Positions 26,640-38,899 of a DNA stretch of 64,000 nt are shown here, in pieces; position 1 is the first letter of the stretch; every line of letters begins with the position of its first letter. Source of the DNA: Lingula anatina (Eukaryota > Animalia > Brachiopoda). Location of the stretch: contig CM120645.1 of assembly GCA_051362555.1 (NCBI GenBank), positions 9,238,001 through 9,302,000 of the forward strand, written 5' to 3'. Made by a program: the position numbers and the translations under genes. The notes beneath the pieces were generated by a model. The model worked only from the letters and a program-made list of their open reading frames with translations, did no database searches and was not told the origin of the DNA.

Positions 26640-28010
26640 CCAAACACAACAGTAACTGGCGGGTTATCGTATCCATCACAGATAATGTCTGGCTCAAGAA
26701 GCAGAAGACACATTGGCTGATAAACTATCATTTTATTTCTAAAGCTGCTTACAAAGGGACTTCTGATCTGCATGCAAATTGCTGTTGAAGTAACATAACT
26801 GATAAATATTTTCAACAAAAAAAAACAAAAAAAACAAGTGATTTGACGTTGGTGGGTTTCACAAATCGTAAAAAAGAAAAAAAAATAAGCACAATATTAA
26901 AGACTTAAACTTTAAGTCATATTCTGGTAGATAAGACCATCTAAGGGATAACATATAACCGCAAACGGCAGCTTTGAAAGCGTATTTGTTACATGCACAA
27001 GCAACATCCGTGCTATACTTTTAAGCAAAATTCATCCGAAAACAGTGTATTTACTTTTTAAGGCACTTACTTGTTTTAAAGAGGGAATTACTGGTAGATT
27101 ATTGCCTTCAGTCTCAGCTTGGATGTTCACGACCAGAGCTTCCACATTCACTTTTGCTGTGGCGGGGATTTTGCTGGTTTCTGTTCGCACTATTGTGTTT
27201 ATTTTGAGTCAAAGGCTAAAATAGAAATTGGAAATGTTATCAAGTTTCATGAGGTCACGATCAGCTTAAAAATCGATATCATCGGTAATACGTAACTTCC
27301 GGGGAAATTCGAAGAAGCATTACCTGTACATCTAGAAAACAACTGTTTGTCGGAAATAAGGTGAATTAGGAAATGAAATAGAAACAAAGAGACATATTAG
27401 AGAAAGTATTTGATTTCAGCAAATGAACTACACATCCATGTTTGGAGGTCTTCACATTTGTCGAAGATTTAAAGCACGAATAAGTCATGTTCTACAAGAG
27501 GGTCGATTTCACTTATAAACCCCCCCCCCCCCCCCCCCCAAGTGCAGCTACAGCATAAACAAACACCTACAGCGGTTGTACCTATCTTTTTTTTTCTAAT
27601 AGCACTCACCAATTTATATAGGCACTATAAGGGCCTACTATGTATACATGTATATTCAGAAAGGACATAGTTATAGGCAATTTAGCAAATATTGACTTAT
27701 GACGGCGCCACTGTCTAGTATTCAAGTGTTTTGTGCTTTCTGTGAAGTCCCTACCTGTTTCAAAGGGGATAAAATATATTAAGTTCAGTTGCATCTTTGC
27801 TGTTAACGGTCAGAGTTTCCACAAACACCTTTTCTTAGGTAAAGACTGGTGGTTTTTACACTATTCTGATTGAGTCAAAAGCTTAAAATAGATGTTGGGC
27901 ATTTTATTAGGTCATTTGACTTCATGATCATATGACAAGATTTCAATTGCGTCAAAAACTTTCAGGGAGGATCTAAAGAAGCTGTGATATTACATATATA
28001 AATGTACCTT
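26640..28010 (-). pseudogene. Decayed upstream exons of TPR-CHAT unit 1 (homologous blocks at about 34600-36380 and 42900-44305)
   Basis: Two paralogous ~250-bp exon-like blocks per unit, each ending near ..KQ|GT, conserved among units but with stops and frameshifts. Confidence 0.5.
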
Positions 28011-28344
28011 TAGAAAGCAGTTTTCTTTTCGAAAATGAGTACTTCAGTTAGATGTTCCAGAGACACAGCTGAACTCTTTAGTACACACTAAAGAAAAAGC
28101 CAATGTTCCTTGCATACATGTATGACGTATGTAGGTATTCAAATACTTAAAATACTTGTTATCTAAATAATATAACATATAAAAATATTAAAACGCAATT
28201 ATTTAGCCATGTTGTGCAAGAATTCTAATTTCACAAATAAAAACGCTTTCAATAAACAACATCTGTGTAAAACAAGCGAGACACATCCACCTGTTTTACC
28301 ATAGAGCTCTTATACATGTATACATTGCCAAAGATAAAACAAAT

Positions 28345-28378
<34 letters not shown>

Positions 28379-29323
28379 AAAGAAGAAGATACAATGAGAG
28401 AGAGATTAAAGAGATCACACCAGGTTTTTAATTAGAGGCAACACTACCAATCCATTACACGTATTACATATTTGAAATGTTTGGCGGCCCCCAGTAATCC
28501 GACATTAAAGAAAGAACTTTTTGTCGCAATAATTATTGTCGCGCAGACACCGGATATAGATAACTCAAACGAACAACTTAAACAATAAGTCACACAAGTT
28601 CCACTGACGCCCCGGCTTGTCTAAATTTCTCAAAATATTATATTAATGAATGTCTTAAAGCAAGCTTACCTTTTCCCGTGTTCTTTATTCTTGGTAAAAA
28701 CTAAAATAAAGCCCTTGAATTTGGAGAGATTTGGAGATTTTTTAGTGTGCGATAGCTGTCGTGGAAAATGTCCTCTTTTAATTGATAATCGTGCACTTTA
28801 TATTCAGCTTCTGTTTATTGACGCTCTATGGTAACGGTGTCAAAACATTTCTAATTTATGAGGGGAATTTTTCTGACGCAACATTTTCCAGCATTACGTT
28901 GGATAAATATTGACATAGTATTTGCTGTATACTTATCTTATCTTTTATACACTTTACCCTAACAGAAATCCAATTTCCGTTAAAGATATAAACCATCACT
29001 TTTAAGTAACCTGGACCTACTGTCTTTTGCTGCAGGCAATGAAATAATAGAAAGACTGGAGTGCGACCAAATTTAGTTGTAGGATCAATTCTTGTACATG
29101 TAGCATCAATGACAGTTGAACATTTAATGCTTGTGTCCATTGCAATTGGGGTTTCCTGCAAATTGAGGTGAAAACGGGGAAAAAAACAGATGATGTGTGA
29201 AGATAAAAAGTGTGTTTTGTAGAATTATTTGTATAAAGAAACTGGTATTACTTGCATTACAAGTGTTCTTTGAATTTTTTGATTACTCAGACTGGAGGTT
29301 GTAGAGACCATTTCTCCAAGCCC

Positions 29324-29354
<31 letters not shown>

Positions 29355-30002
29355 CTTATACAACCAAGACGCCCTGGCCATCCACCTGTTATGCCATAGA
29401 GCTGTTACTGTATATAACACACGTGTGTGCACAAAATATTTAGATATAATATATACCTGAATGAAACAATGCATATTATTCTTTTGTTGGCTGAAACAGT
29501 AAGACCAAAAAGGTTTTATTAAACGATTTTATTAAACAAGCACTTTTTCTTTTGAATTTCATTCTGACTTTGTTAAGCTCCCGAGGAACATTAATTCAAT
29601 TTTTTTAAATTTACAATCTTGTTGTCACTATTGCAGTGTTAAAAAGTTTGTGTTCTAAAGTCGTTGCCTCCGGCAAATTATATTTGACATTTAAAATAAT
29701 GGTGAGGAGTGTGTCGCACTGACTGACACTATACCCCTAAGATTTTAATTTGGGGTTTCAACGTCGAGTGCAGGGCATGTTTCTTTAGTCATCTGATAGT
29801 TTTAGGGTGTCCATTAATTTACCAAAATTGCGTCGAATAAAAAGTTCGTAAAAGGGAAATCTTATAAGAGTAGTAAAACTGTATTGAATACATTAGCGTC
29901 AGTAACAATATATGATCATGATGTTAAAATACACACGTCGGAATAAAGTTCCCTCTTGTCTCTGAGACCGGCCTTCTGTTTATGACGTCATTAAAATTAC
30001 AA

Positions 30003-32044
30003 TCACAGACTGACGTCACGACCAACTATTGTAAAAGACGCCCATTCGGTGCATGGCCGATCTTGCATGGTTTGCATGGCATTCCTGAGTGCGCGGCTGA
30101 CTGTTTTTCTCGCGATAAGATCTTGATAGAAGCTGGTCATAAAGGCTTTGGTCGCTTGGTCCGGCAGTTGCCATAGTGCCACTACCACCGCCTTGGCTCC
30201 TACAAATACAATGTACATTTACATGTTTTCTTAAGTTTCAGTTAATCAGTTCACAAGGTCAGAAAAGGGTTGTAAATATAATGTTATTTGAATAATCTGG
30301 GAACAGGATAAGAGAATGCTTACGTCTTAGTGCATTTTAACAATAAAAAACAAAAGTAGCCATTATTTTATCTGTTTTTTAGAAACATCAAATAATTGAT
30401 CAAATGATTTATTAACATAGTCAAAAAGTATATGTTACTCTCTGAAACCTAACTGGAGACTATAAAGCGCACCTGCTACTAGAAATGCCCTGGACAGTCC
30501 TACCACGCCCTCGTTTTTTATCTCCCCACTTCCGCTGTGGCAGGCACTGAGAACAACAATTTTAGCTCGTAGTTTCATCTCCATCACCTCCTCTGCAGTC
30601 AAGTAGACATCCTTGCTGGATAAGGTCCCGTCTTTTGGCGACCCGTCGGGAGACAAAACCAGGGCCGTCTCGGACCAGCTGCCATGACAGGCTACGTGGA
30701 TGACGTCAGCACGAGGTAGTTCCTGCTTGACAACGCTAAGTCGTGCGAGGTCTCGGAGAAGAGGTTCCGCGCCTAACATTTCCGCAATAAGAATCGCTTC
30801 ATCTTCGGCACCAGGTAACTTGCACGGTGTCCATTGTTGTCCGCAAATGTCGATTTCTGGGGCAGCAGGATTACCAACAACTAGTGCTCTGGACTGTGTG
30901 TTCTTTTCACTCGAAGATGAGTCTTCTCGAAGGGAGTGGGCAAAAATCTCCAAAGATGGCATAATGGTGGCGCAGAAATCATTGATGAGGAGAGCTGGGA
31001 AAGGCACCAAATGCAGCTGAAGGTCGGGTATGATGACGATATTGCTGTATCGATCGCCATCTTTTTTCAGCACACTTACCACGGGAGCAAGGATGACGTC
31101 ATACCACATTTGAAACACTTTCCTCAAACCATTGCCTTTGGACATAAGATTGACGTCATGGGTGCTAGAAGAATCGAGCACGCTGTCCAGGCTATTACGA
31201 GTATGACCTGACCAAGCACCCGTAAGCATACATCTCCAGTTTACACTTGGGATGGTCTGATTCCCAGCTGGGGATGGTGGAGAGAGTGACCGCAACACAG
31301 AGAGCTCACTTAAGAGCCCCGTGACGTCAGTGTCCGGGCACGTGATGGCATAGTCAAGAAACATAACGTCATCTTGCTGCGGTCGGATAACCCAGGCGAA
31401 TAGTTTGTCGTTGATTAAGGCAAATACAACTACGGGAATGTTGGCAGTATTAACAACCCAGTGGATTTCTTTTGGTCTTTTTATATGTTTTGGGATATCT
31501 GTCTTAGTACGTCTGGGGTACATGATATCTAGCATTGACTGGGCTCTACATTGCTCAGCCACTGACAGAGCCTCGGTGTATTTTTGTTGCTGTATATAAA
31601 TTTCCTGGAGACCAGTGAAGCACTCCATCACCGACTCGAAGTATTCTATTTTGTTGTCATCGTCATTCAACCGTCTTTCTCGAACATAAGATGCTATTGA
31701 AATTCCATGCACGTATGGTGTCTTGGCTTTCTGGAGAAGACCCTGCGCCTTGTACAAAGAGCCCTGCAGCGTGTAGCACATTTGCCGCAGTTCTATACAT
31801 GTCAGTTCAATAGCCAGTAAACCACACCCAATGCCTGGTTTGCTAAGGCTTTTAAGATGCCTTTTTCTGTCGGGTTGGCACTATCCAAGGCCATGCAGGT
31901 ATTTTTGTAAAAATTGTACAGTATTTTGTTAGATGTGGACTCCACGTCCTCCTTCATTGCCAGTAAAGCGGCGGTGTACTCCCCTTGTTGAACGAGGGTC
32001 TCGATGTCTTGCAAATGTTGGTTTTCTTCAATAATGCGCTCCAT
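30003..32044 (-). pseudogene. TPR-CHAT copy 2 with a ~1.2-kb frameshifting deletion of the TPR region; the CHAT ORF (ATG 31781, exons 30473-31781 and 30003-30199) remains open
   Basis: The junction at 31818/31819 joins sequence equivalent to copy 3 positions 40719 and 41933 (1213 bp missing). His and Cys motifs retained. Confidence 0.85.
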
Positions 32045-32125
32045 CTCTATACGAGGTTGCAACTGTGAAAATAAAAAAGGAAATAACATTGTCTTGAAAG
32101 AGAAAACTAATTTTTAATCTCTTAA

Positions 32126-32471
32126 AGGGATAACAACTGTTCGTAAGTTATTCATATTTCAAAATAAATGCATTGTAAACATCTCATAGGAATATAATAA
32201 ATTCCATTTTACCACAAAAAAAAAAAAAAACGGTGGTCAACAAAAGTATTCTGGAATTTATACTTGCCACCACACCATGTGACCTCCCTAGATGGCTATG
32301 CTCTGTAATAATCTCTAAAGAGAATATTACAAAAAAAAAACTTTTTAGAAAAAAACCAAGGACTAACTTTGAATGTGGGAATGGATTCATTAACCACTGG
32401 TAAGTGTAAGAAAATAGTCCTTTAACCTAGGAAAACCAATTTTTTGGCCAAAATGAACAGTTGTTATCCCT
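32126..32471. mobile_element. Kolobok-like MITE (TTAA TSD); homologous copy at 42244-42578
   Basis: TTAA-AGGGATAACAACTGTTC ... GAACAGTTGTTATCCCT-TTAA; absent from unit 1. Confidence 0.8.
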
Positions 32472-32583
32472 TTAAATATCATACAGTGTAACCCCACAAA
32501 ATAAACAAAACCCATAACAATTGGATTAAATCCTACAAATGTTTGTCAAATTATAAGCAATTTGCTTGACTAAGTTTAATATA

Positions 32584-34234
32584 CAGACTTGACATTTAAT
32601 ATGGAATATTTTTCCAAAACATAATTCATCAGTTTTTTTCTTATTTTGCTGACTGATAAATGAAAATAAGGATTAAAATCGTGTTTTAATAACTTTTGAT
32701 AATCTCTTCGATGTCATTGTGACATCAGTTCATTAATTGAATTCGTCAGTGAAGCAAACAAAAATACATTGCCTATTTTAAGTCATACGACAACCATTGA
32801 AAGCGATAATTTGGAACTCCATATTTTCATAATTATTGTCTTTAAAAGAGTTACACGCCCCACAAAGGCCCCCCATGTCAGTGTCTAGTCACAGCAACAG
32901 TCGCTGTTACGCTTGACCTCATCTTGCTGCTACCAGAGCTTTCAAGCCGCAAGGCATTTCTTATGATAGGCTTTTTAGAGTTTAATCAGGGATAAAATTC
33001 CAGAATACGGTTAAAAGTTGTCCAATTTGGCTCAGTTTTGATGTAGGACATGCAGGCCGTTGATTCGGCGAGTAATGGCCTACCCACATATTGTCTATGT
33101 GGTTCAAATATGGCAATTTTGATGACCACGGTAGCTACTCATTCCCTTGGTTCTGTAAGTTATCTGCTATTAAAAGTGCTCTGTGTGAACCGGCAACCTC
33201 ACCCTGCAACCTAAAATTGTTCCTAAGGTGTCTCCTATCAAATGATAGTCAAGTGGTTCCCAGATTATTCCTTTATTTGATCTGGTTCAGGTTTTCAACG
33301 ATGACTACCATTGGTGTTTTGGCACCAATGTGGTATCCACTCCAAATACTGACACTGTCAATGACCCTAGTCACTTAAGAAGTGGCACACGCTTCGTCGT
33401 AGGCCTCTTCAGGACGTCTGTAAACTCTGTTTTGACCAGTTTAGCGGTACAGGTTAAATGTGATCTCAATAAAGAAAGCCACGCGGTTTCAGTGTTTTAC
33501 CCAGAAACTGTCATGGTCCCCAATTCATTAGAGAAACAGACTAGGCTGCTTTGCTGTTTACAGTGGCTTCCTCAGATGTCGCCTGGAATCCTAACCTGCT
33601 GAAATCAGTTTGGTGTCCGCTAAGAGCCTTGAAAAACAAGTTTTGGTGACAATTTGTCCCTCATTCAAAACGGACTGGGTGGTTTTTGTTTAATTGCAGC
33701 AGCATATCCTGAAGGACAGTGAGTCCTATACCCTGGTGGTAAGACGTCGATGCATTGGGCTTGGTCTCTGTGTAGTGCCTCAAACTGGGCATAACTCTAT
33801 AAAACTGTGTAAACCGTTCCGTTTGACACAATAATCTGTCTGGCAATGTCTGTGTTTTTCGCGCCATTCTGGCACAGCTTAACAGATTTGTAAAACGCTG
33901 CTTAACTCATTTTACGCACTGCAAAACCGACCGCTTGCATGCAAATATTGAATGCAGTATTAGCCGACATATGGATACTTTTTTGACAGAACCATGCTTC
34001 GCCAAAGCCAAGCTTTGACTAGCCCAAAGGAGCACTGCCCAATTGAATCACTGCATATTACACAAGGCAGCAGTGCAACAGACTTGGTAGGCAGTTAATT
34101 GGCAGCGACACACCCGACTTCACACTTCTCCAGTCAGATGTCTTATATGAAATCTGAATTTTTTGAAAAAAGAACGCATTTTTACCTAGGTATACCTTTA
34201 AAACTGAAATATTCCATATCAAATGTCAAGTCTG
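32584..34234 (-). mobile_element. Decayed Tc1-like transposon, specific to unit 2
   Basis: 27-bp TIR CAGACTTGACATTT(A/G)ATATGGAATATT with TA flanks. Minus-strand relic FRLQGEVAGSHRA..LPWSSKLPYLNHIDNMW resembles the Tc1 QQDNARPH..WPSxSPDLNPIE motif. Confidence 0.85.
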
Positions 34235-35337
34235 TATGTAAAAGCATTCCCCAAAGTTTCAGTTATCTTGATTACTTTACATAAAAGTTATGTTCTTTGA
34301 ATAATATGTTTTAAAGGGCCTTCTATCACACTTCAAGGGTGGGTCTGATTTCCAGTTTAGGTATACATATGCTTACAAGTTGCTTGTGATAAAAGTCGCG
34401 AATGCAAGTGAAATGTGATCAAAGATCTTTTGTCAATTGTTTCAGACATAGCAACAACTGTCTAGTAAGGGCAAACTCACCCTGAGCTACTCAACCTCTG
34501 TCATCATTATACATGTACCACAGGGAGGTGGGGGGGGGGGGGGGGGGGGGGGGGGGGCTAGGGGGGGGGTTGAGCATCTAACTCAATGAGCAAAACAGGG
34601 ATGTGACACTAACAGATTATCGTATCCATCATAGGTAATGTCTTCAGATTATTTCTCAAGCTACTGACAAGGGGACTACCGAATTTCGGATCTGCATGCA
34701 AATTGCTGTTAAGTAGCACAGCTGATTATTTTTTTCAACATTTCTTGCATTTCGTTAAAAAAAGGGAAAAAAGCACAGTATCAACGACTTAAACTTTAAA
34801 TTTAACTCTTATTGTGGTACATAACCATCTAAACAAAAACGTAAACGGCAGCTCTAAAAGCGTATTTGTTTCATGTACAAGCGACACTCGTGCTATACTT
34901 TTAAGCAAAAATCACTTGAAATGTGTATATACTTATTTAAAGGCTCTTACCTGTTTTAAAAAGGAAATTAGATTATTGCCTTCAGTCTCAGCTTTTATGT
35001 TAACGGCCAGAGCTTCCACATTCACTTTTGCTTTGGCCGGGATTTTTTTAGTTTCTGTACGTACTATTGTGTTTATTTTGAGTCAAAGGCTGAAGCAGAA
35101 ATTGGGAATTTTGTCAGGTTTCTTGAGATCAAGATCAGCTTTCAATATCGATATCATGAGTAATCCGTAACTTCCGGGTAAAATCCGAAGACGCATTACC
35201 TCTAGAAAACACTCGTTTGCCGGAAATTAGGTGTAATATGAAATGATGGAGAAACAAAATGCACACGTAAGAGAAAGTAAATGATTTCCGCAAATGAACT
35301 ACATGTACTTTTTGGCCTTCACATTATCGTTGAAGAT

Positions 35338-35990
35338 TTAAAGCACAATAATCATGTTGTACAAAAAGGCCAATTTCACTTACAAACGCTTCAACAAACA
35401 TGCAACTATAGTATAAACATATACAGGTAGCTACAGCGCTTGCACTTATCTTTTTCTAATACATCTCTACAATTTACATAGGCCCTGTAGGCAAGATAGG
35501 GGCCTATTATATACATTCTGAAAGGACGCAGTTGTAGGCATGGGCGTCCGCAGAAAATTTTCCAGGGAGGAGGGGGTCAAAGTCATTGAAGGGGGAGATA
35601 ATGATTGGCTGGGTACCCGCAATAAAAATGCAGTCCCAAAATTCTAGTGTGGGTGTGGGGGGTTAAAGCACAAAAATCATGTTGTACAAAACGGCCAATT
35701 TCACAATAATTCAACAAACATGCAACTACAGTATAAACATAAAGCTTCTGTACAGCGCTTGCACTTATCTTTTTCTAATACAACTCTACAATTTACATAG
35801 GGCCTGTAGGCAATATAGGGGCCTATCATATACGTTCTGAAAGGACGCAGTTGTTGGCATGGGCGTCCGCAGAAAATTTTCCAGGGGGGGGGGGGGGGGG
35901 TTCAAAGTCGTTGAAGGGGGAAATAATGATTGGCTGGGTACCCACAATAAAAATGCAGTCCCAAAATTCTAGGGGATGGGGGTTGAGCCC
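35338..35990. repeat. ~325-bp tandem duplication including the left part of a MITE
   Basis: TTAAAGCACAA(T/A)AATCATGTTGTACAAAA starts at 35338 and 35663. Confidence 0.85.
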
Positions 35991-36013
35991 CCCCCCCCCT
36001 GCGGACGCCCTTG
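35858..36013. mobile_element. MITE with 7-bp TSD and CATGG/CAAGG termini (P-like); truncated copy starts at 35539
   Basis: CATGGGCGTCCGCAG...CTGCGGACGCCCTTG with TSD TTGTTGG/TTGTCGG; empty site AGTTGTAGGTGAATT in unit 3 (about 43931). Confidence 0.8.
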
Positions 36014-36734
36014 TTGTCGGTGAATTAAGCAAATATCTGTGACGCGCGAATCTCATTTACAATGTATAGGCCTACTGTCTAGAAACCATGTGTTTTGTGC
36101 CTTTTGTAACTTAAGCCCCTACCTGCTTTAAAGGGGATCAAATATATCCTTCAGTCGCAATTTTGATATTAACGGTCAGAGTTTCCACATACAATTTTTC
36201 TTTGACTTATGGTTTCTACACTGTTTTAAGCGTGATCGAGTCAAAGGCTAAAAATAGATGTTGGGAATTTTATGAGGTCAATTGACGTCACGATCATAGG
36301 ATCAGATATCGATATCGTCAATCCATAGTTTTCAGGGAGGATTTGAAGAAGCAGTGATGCTGCATGTACATGTGCCTCTGGAAAGCAGTTGTTTTTCGGA
36401 AATGTTACTTCCAGAGACAAAACAGAATTCATTAGGCCCTAATACACACTAAAAAAAAGCCAAAGCTTCTTGCATGGATACCACGTATCATGTGTGAGGT
36501 ACCCTGTAGGTCTTCAAATGCTTGAAATACTTGATGTTTTAATAATATAACAATTAGAAAATATTAAAACGCAAAAGTTTAGCCATCTTGTGTACGAATT
36601 TTAATTTCACAAGTAAAATATTTTTATTGTGATTTGCAGGATTTTCATCTTTGCGTTTATTAATTAATCTATAATGTTATTATTATTTTTTTTTTATACA
36701 GGGCAGGAAGTCTTTTTAATTAAACGCACACTAC

Positions 36735-36915
36735 CAGTGGCGGATTTAGGGGGATGTCAGGGGGGTCCTGACCCCTCCTCCTTCGATTTCTGAAAAAATC
36801 ACACCAAAGGTTTCCTCTTCAAATTAGAATTTTGACTAGCTGAATCATGGGGAGGGGAAGGGTTGGCATCCACGGACCCCCCCCCCCCCTTCAAATAATC
36901 CTGGATCCGCCCCTG
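36735..36915 (-). mobile_element. MITE, CAGGGGCGGATCC family (inverted copy)
   Basis: CAGTGGCGGAT...ATCCGCCCCTG; internal similarity to 26259-26533. Confidence 0.75.
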
Positions 36916-37430
36916 CATGACTATTGGGCACCGTTTACTAGTGCCCAAAACAAAGCAATGGCAATCAGGCACGTATCCAGTACTACAATAAAATGGTTCT
37001 TAGTGGGCCTAAATTATCAATAATAACAAAAACTTAATGAATGAAATAAAAGAATAGAAAACTGGAGAAAAAAAAACAAGATTAATAAATAAATAAGGAA
37101 TAATGATTATTTATTTATTTCTCAAAGGTTAAATAGTTAGATGAATTAGGCTAAGCACATACATATTTATTAATTTAATAATACGTATTTGGTAATTAAT
37201 TAATCAATTAATTAATTATTATATAATTAATCAACAGACAAAAAAACACAGATACCCCAGATTGGATTTGTTCATAAAATGTTGACGTTTTGATGAGGTA
37301 TAGATGGTGCGACTTAAGAATATCTCCTGTATGTAAATAAAACACGTAAACATTGAGATGAAAGAAGCAAATTCATATTAATGCGTTGCTTTGGATCAGT
37401 TTTGTTAGAGTGAAACCACCAGCAGGGCAG

Positions 37431-37700
37431 ACACAATCTCGCGAGACTTTCCGATATATATGATGTAAACAGCCGCCATTTCCGAGAGAGTGGAAACTTA
37501 CAATCCTTCGAGGTTTACTGTTAATATCATGTTTCTTAACTCCTGAAGCTTAGAGTATCTCTATACTGACATCCAGAAGATTTGATGGTGAGTTTCAAGT
37601 CTTCCTTAGATGGACGGTACCCTTAAAAGTGAATTTAATATTTTAAAACTATCCGGAATTCTTGCTATCCCCGACTTCACGATTCACGAAATGCTTGTGT
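37431..37700 (+). repeat. Duplicated copy of the HROB/NLR promoter and first non-coding exon (source about 52886-53149)
   Basis: Highly similar block containing TCTCGCGAGA, GCCGCCATTT and GATG|GTGAGT. Confidence 0.9.
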
Positions 37701-38899
37701 ATGTCCGGACTATAGTGCTTCTGTTTATTGCCGCTCTATGGTTACGGTGTCAAAACATTTCTAATTTATGAGCGGAATTTTTCTGACGCAACATTTTCCA
37801 GCATTACGTTGGATAAATATTGATATAGTATTTGCTGTATACTTATCTTATCATTTATACACTTTACCCAAACAGAAATCCAATTTCCGTTAAAGATAAA
37901 CCATCACCTTTAAGTAACCTGGACCTACTGTCTTTTGCTGCAGGCAATGAAAAAATAGAAAAACTGGAGTGCGACCAAATTTAGTTGTAAGATCAATTCT
38001 TGCCCATGTAGCAGCAATGACGGCCGAACACTTAATGCTTGTGTCCAGTGCAATTGGGGTTTCCTGCAAATTGAGGGGAAAACTAAAAAAAAGCAGAAGA
38101 TGATGTGTGAAGAGAAAAACGTGTGTTTTGTAGAATTATTTGTATAAAGAAACTGGTATTACTTGCATTACAAGTGTACTTTGAATTATTTGATTACTCA
38201 GACTGGAGTTTGTAGAGACCATTTCTTCAAGCCCCCCCCCCCCAAAAAAAAATCCCCTTAAACAACCAAGACGCTCTGACCATCCACCTGTTATGCCATA
38301 GAGCTGTTACTGTATATAACACACGTGTGTGAACAAAATATTTAGAAATAATATATACCTGAATGAAACAATACATATTATTCTTTTGTTGGCTGAAACA
38401 GTATGACCAAAAAGGTTTCATTAAAAGAATTTATTAAACAAGCACTTTTCCTTTTGAATTTCATTCTGACTTTGTTAAGCTCCCGAGGAACATTAATTCA
38501 AAATATATTCATAACTTTTAAAGTTGTTTTTTTAATTTGCAATCTTGTTGTCACTATTGCAGTGTTGAAAAATATTTGACATTTAATATAATGGTGAGGG
38601 GTGGCTAGCACTGACTGACACTACATGTATACCCCTAAGAATTTAATTTGGGGTTTCAGCATCGACTGCAGGGCATGTTTCTTTAGTCATCCGATAGTAT
38701 TAGGGTGTGCATTAATTTACCAAAATTGCGTTGAATAAAAATTTCATAAAAGGGAACTCTTATAAGAGTATAAAAACTTTGTAATGGATACATTGGCGTC
38801 AGTAACACTATATGATTATGATGGTTTATAAACGCAGGAATAAAGTTCCTTCTTGTCTCTGTGACGTGCCTTCTGTTTATGACGACATTAAAATTACAA

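Noticed and set aside
34814-35170. 118-aa plus-strand ORF (and 43339-43533)
   Set aside because: Splice signals point to the minus strand, and the ORF is not kept open in unit 1.
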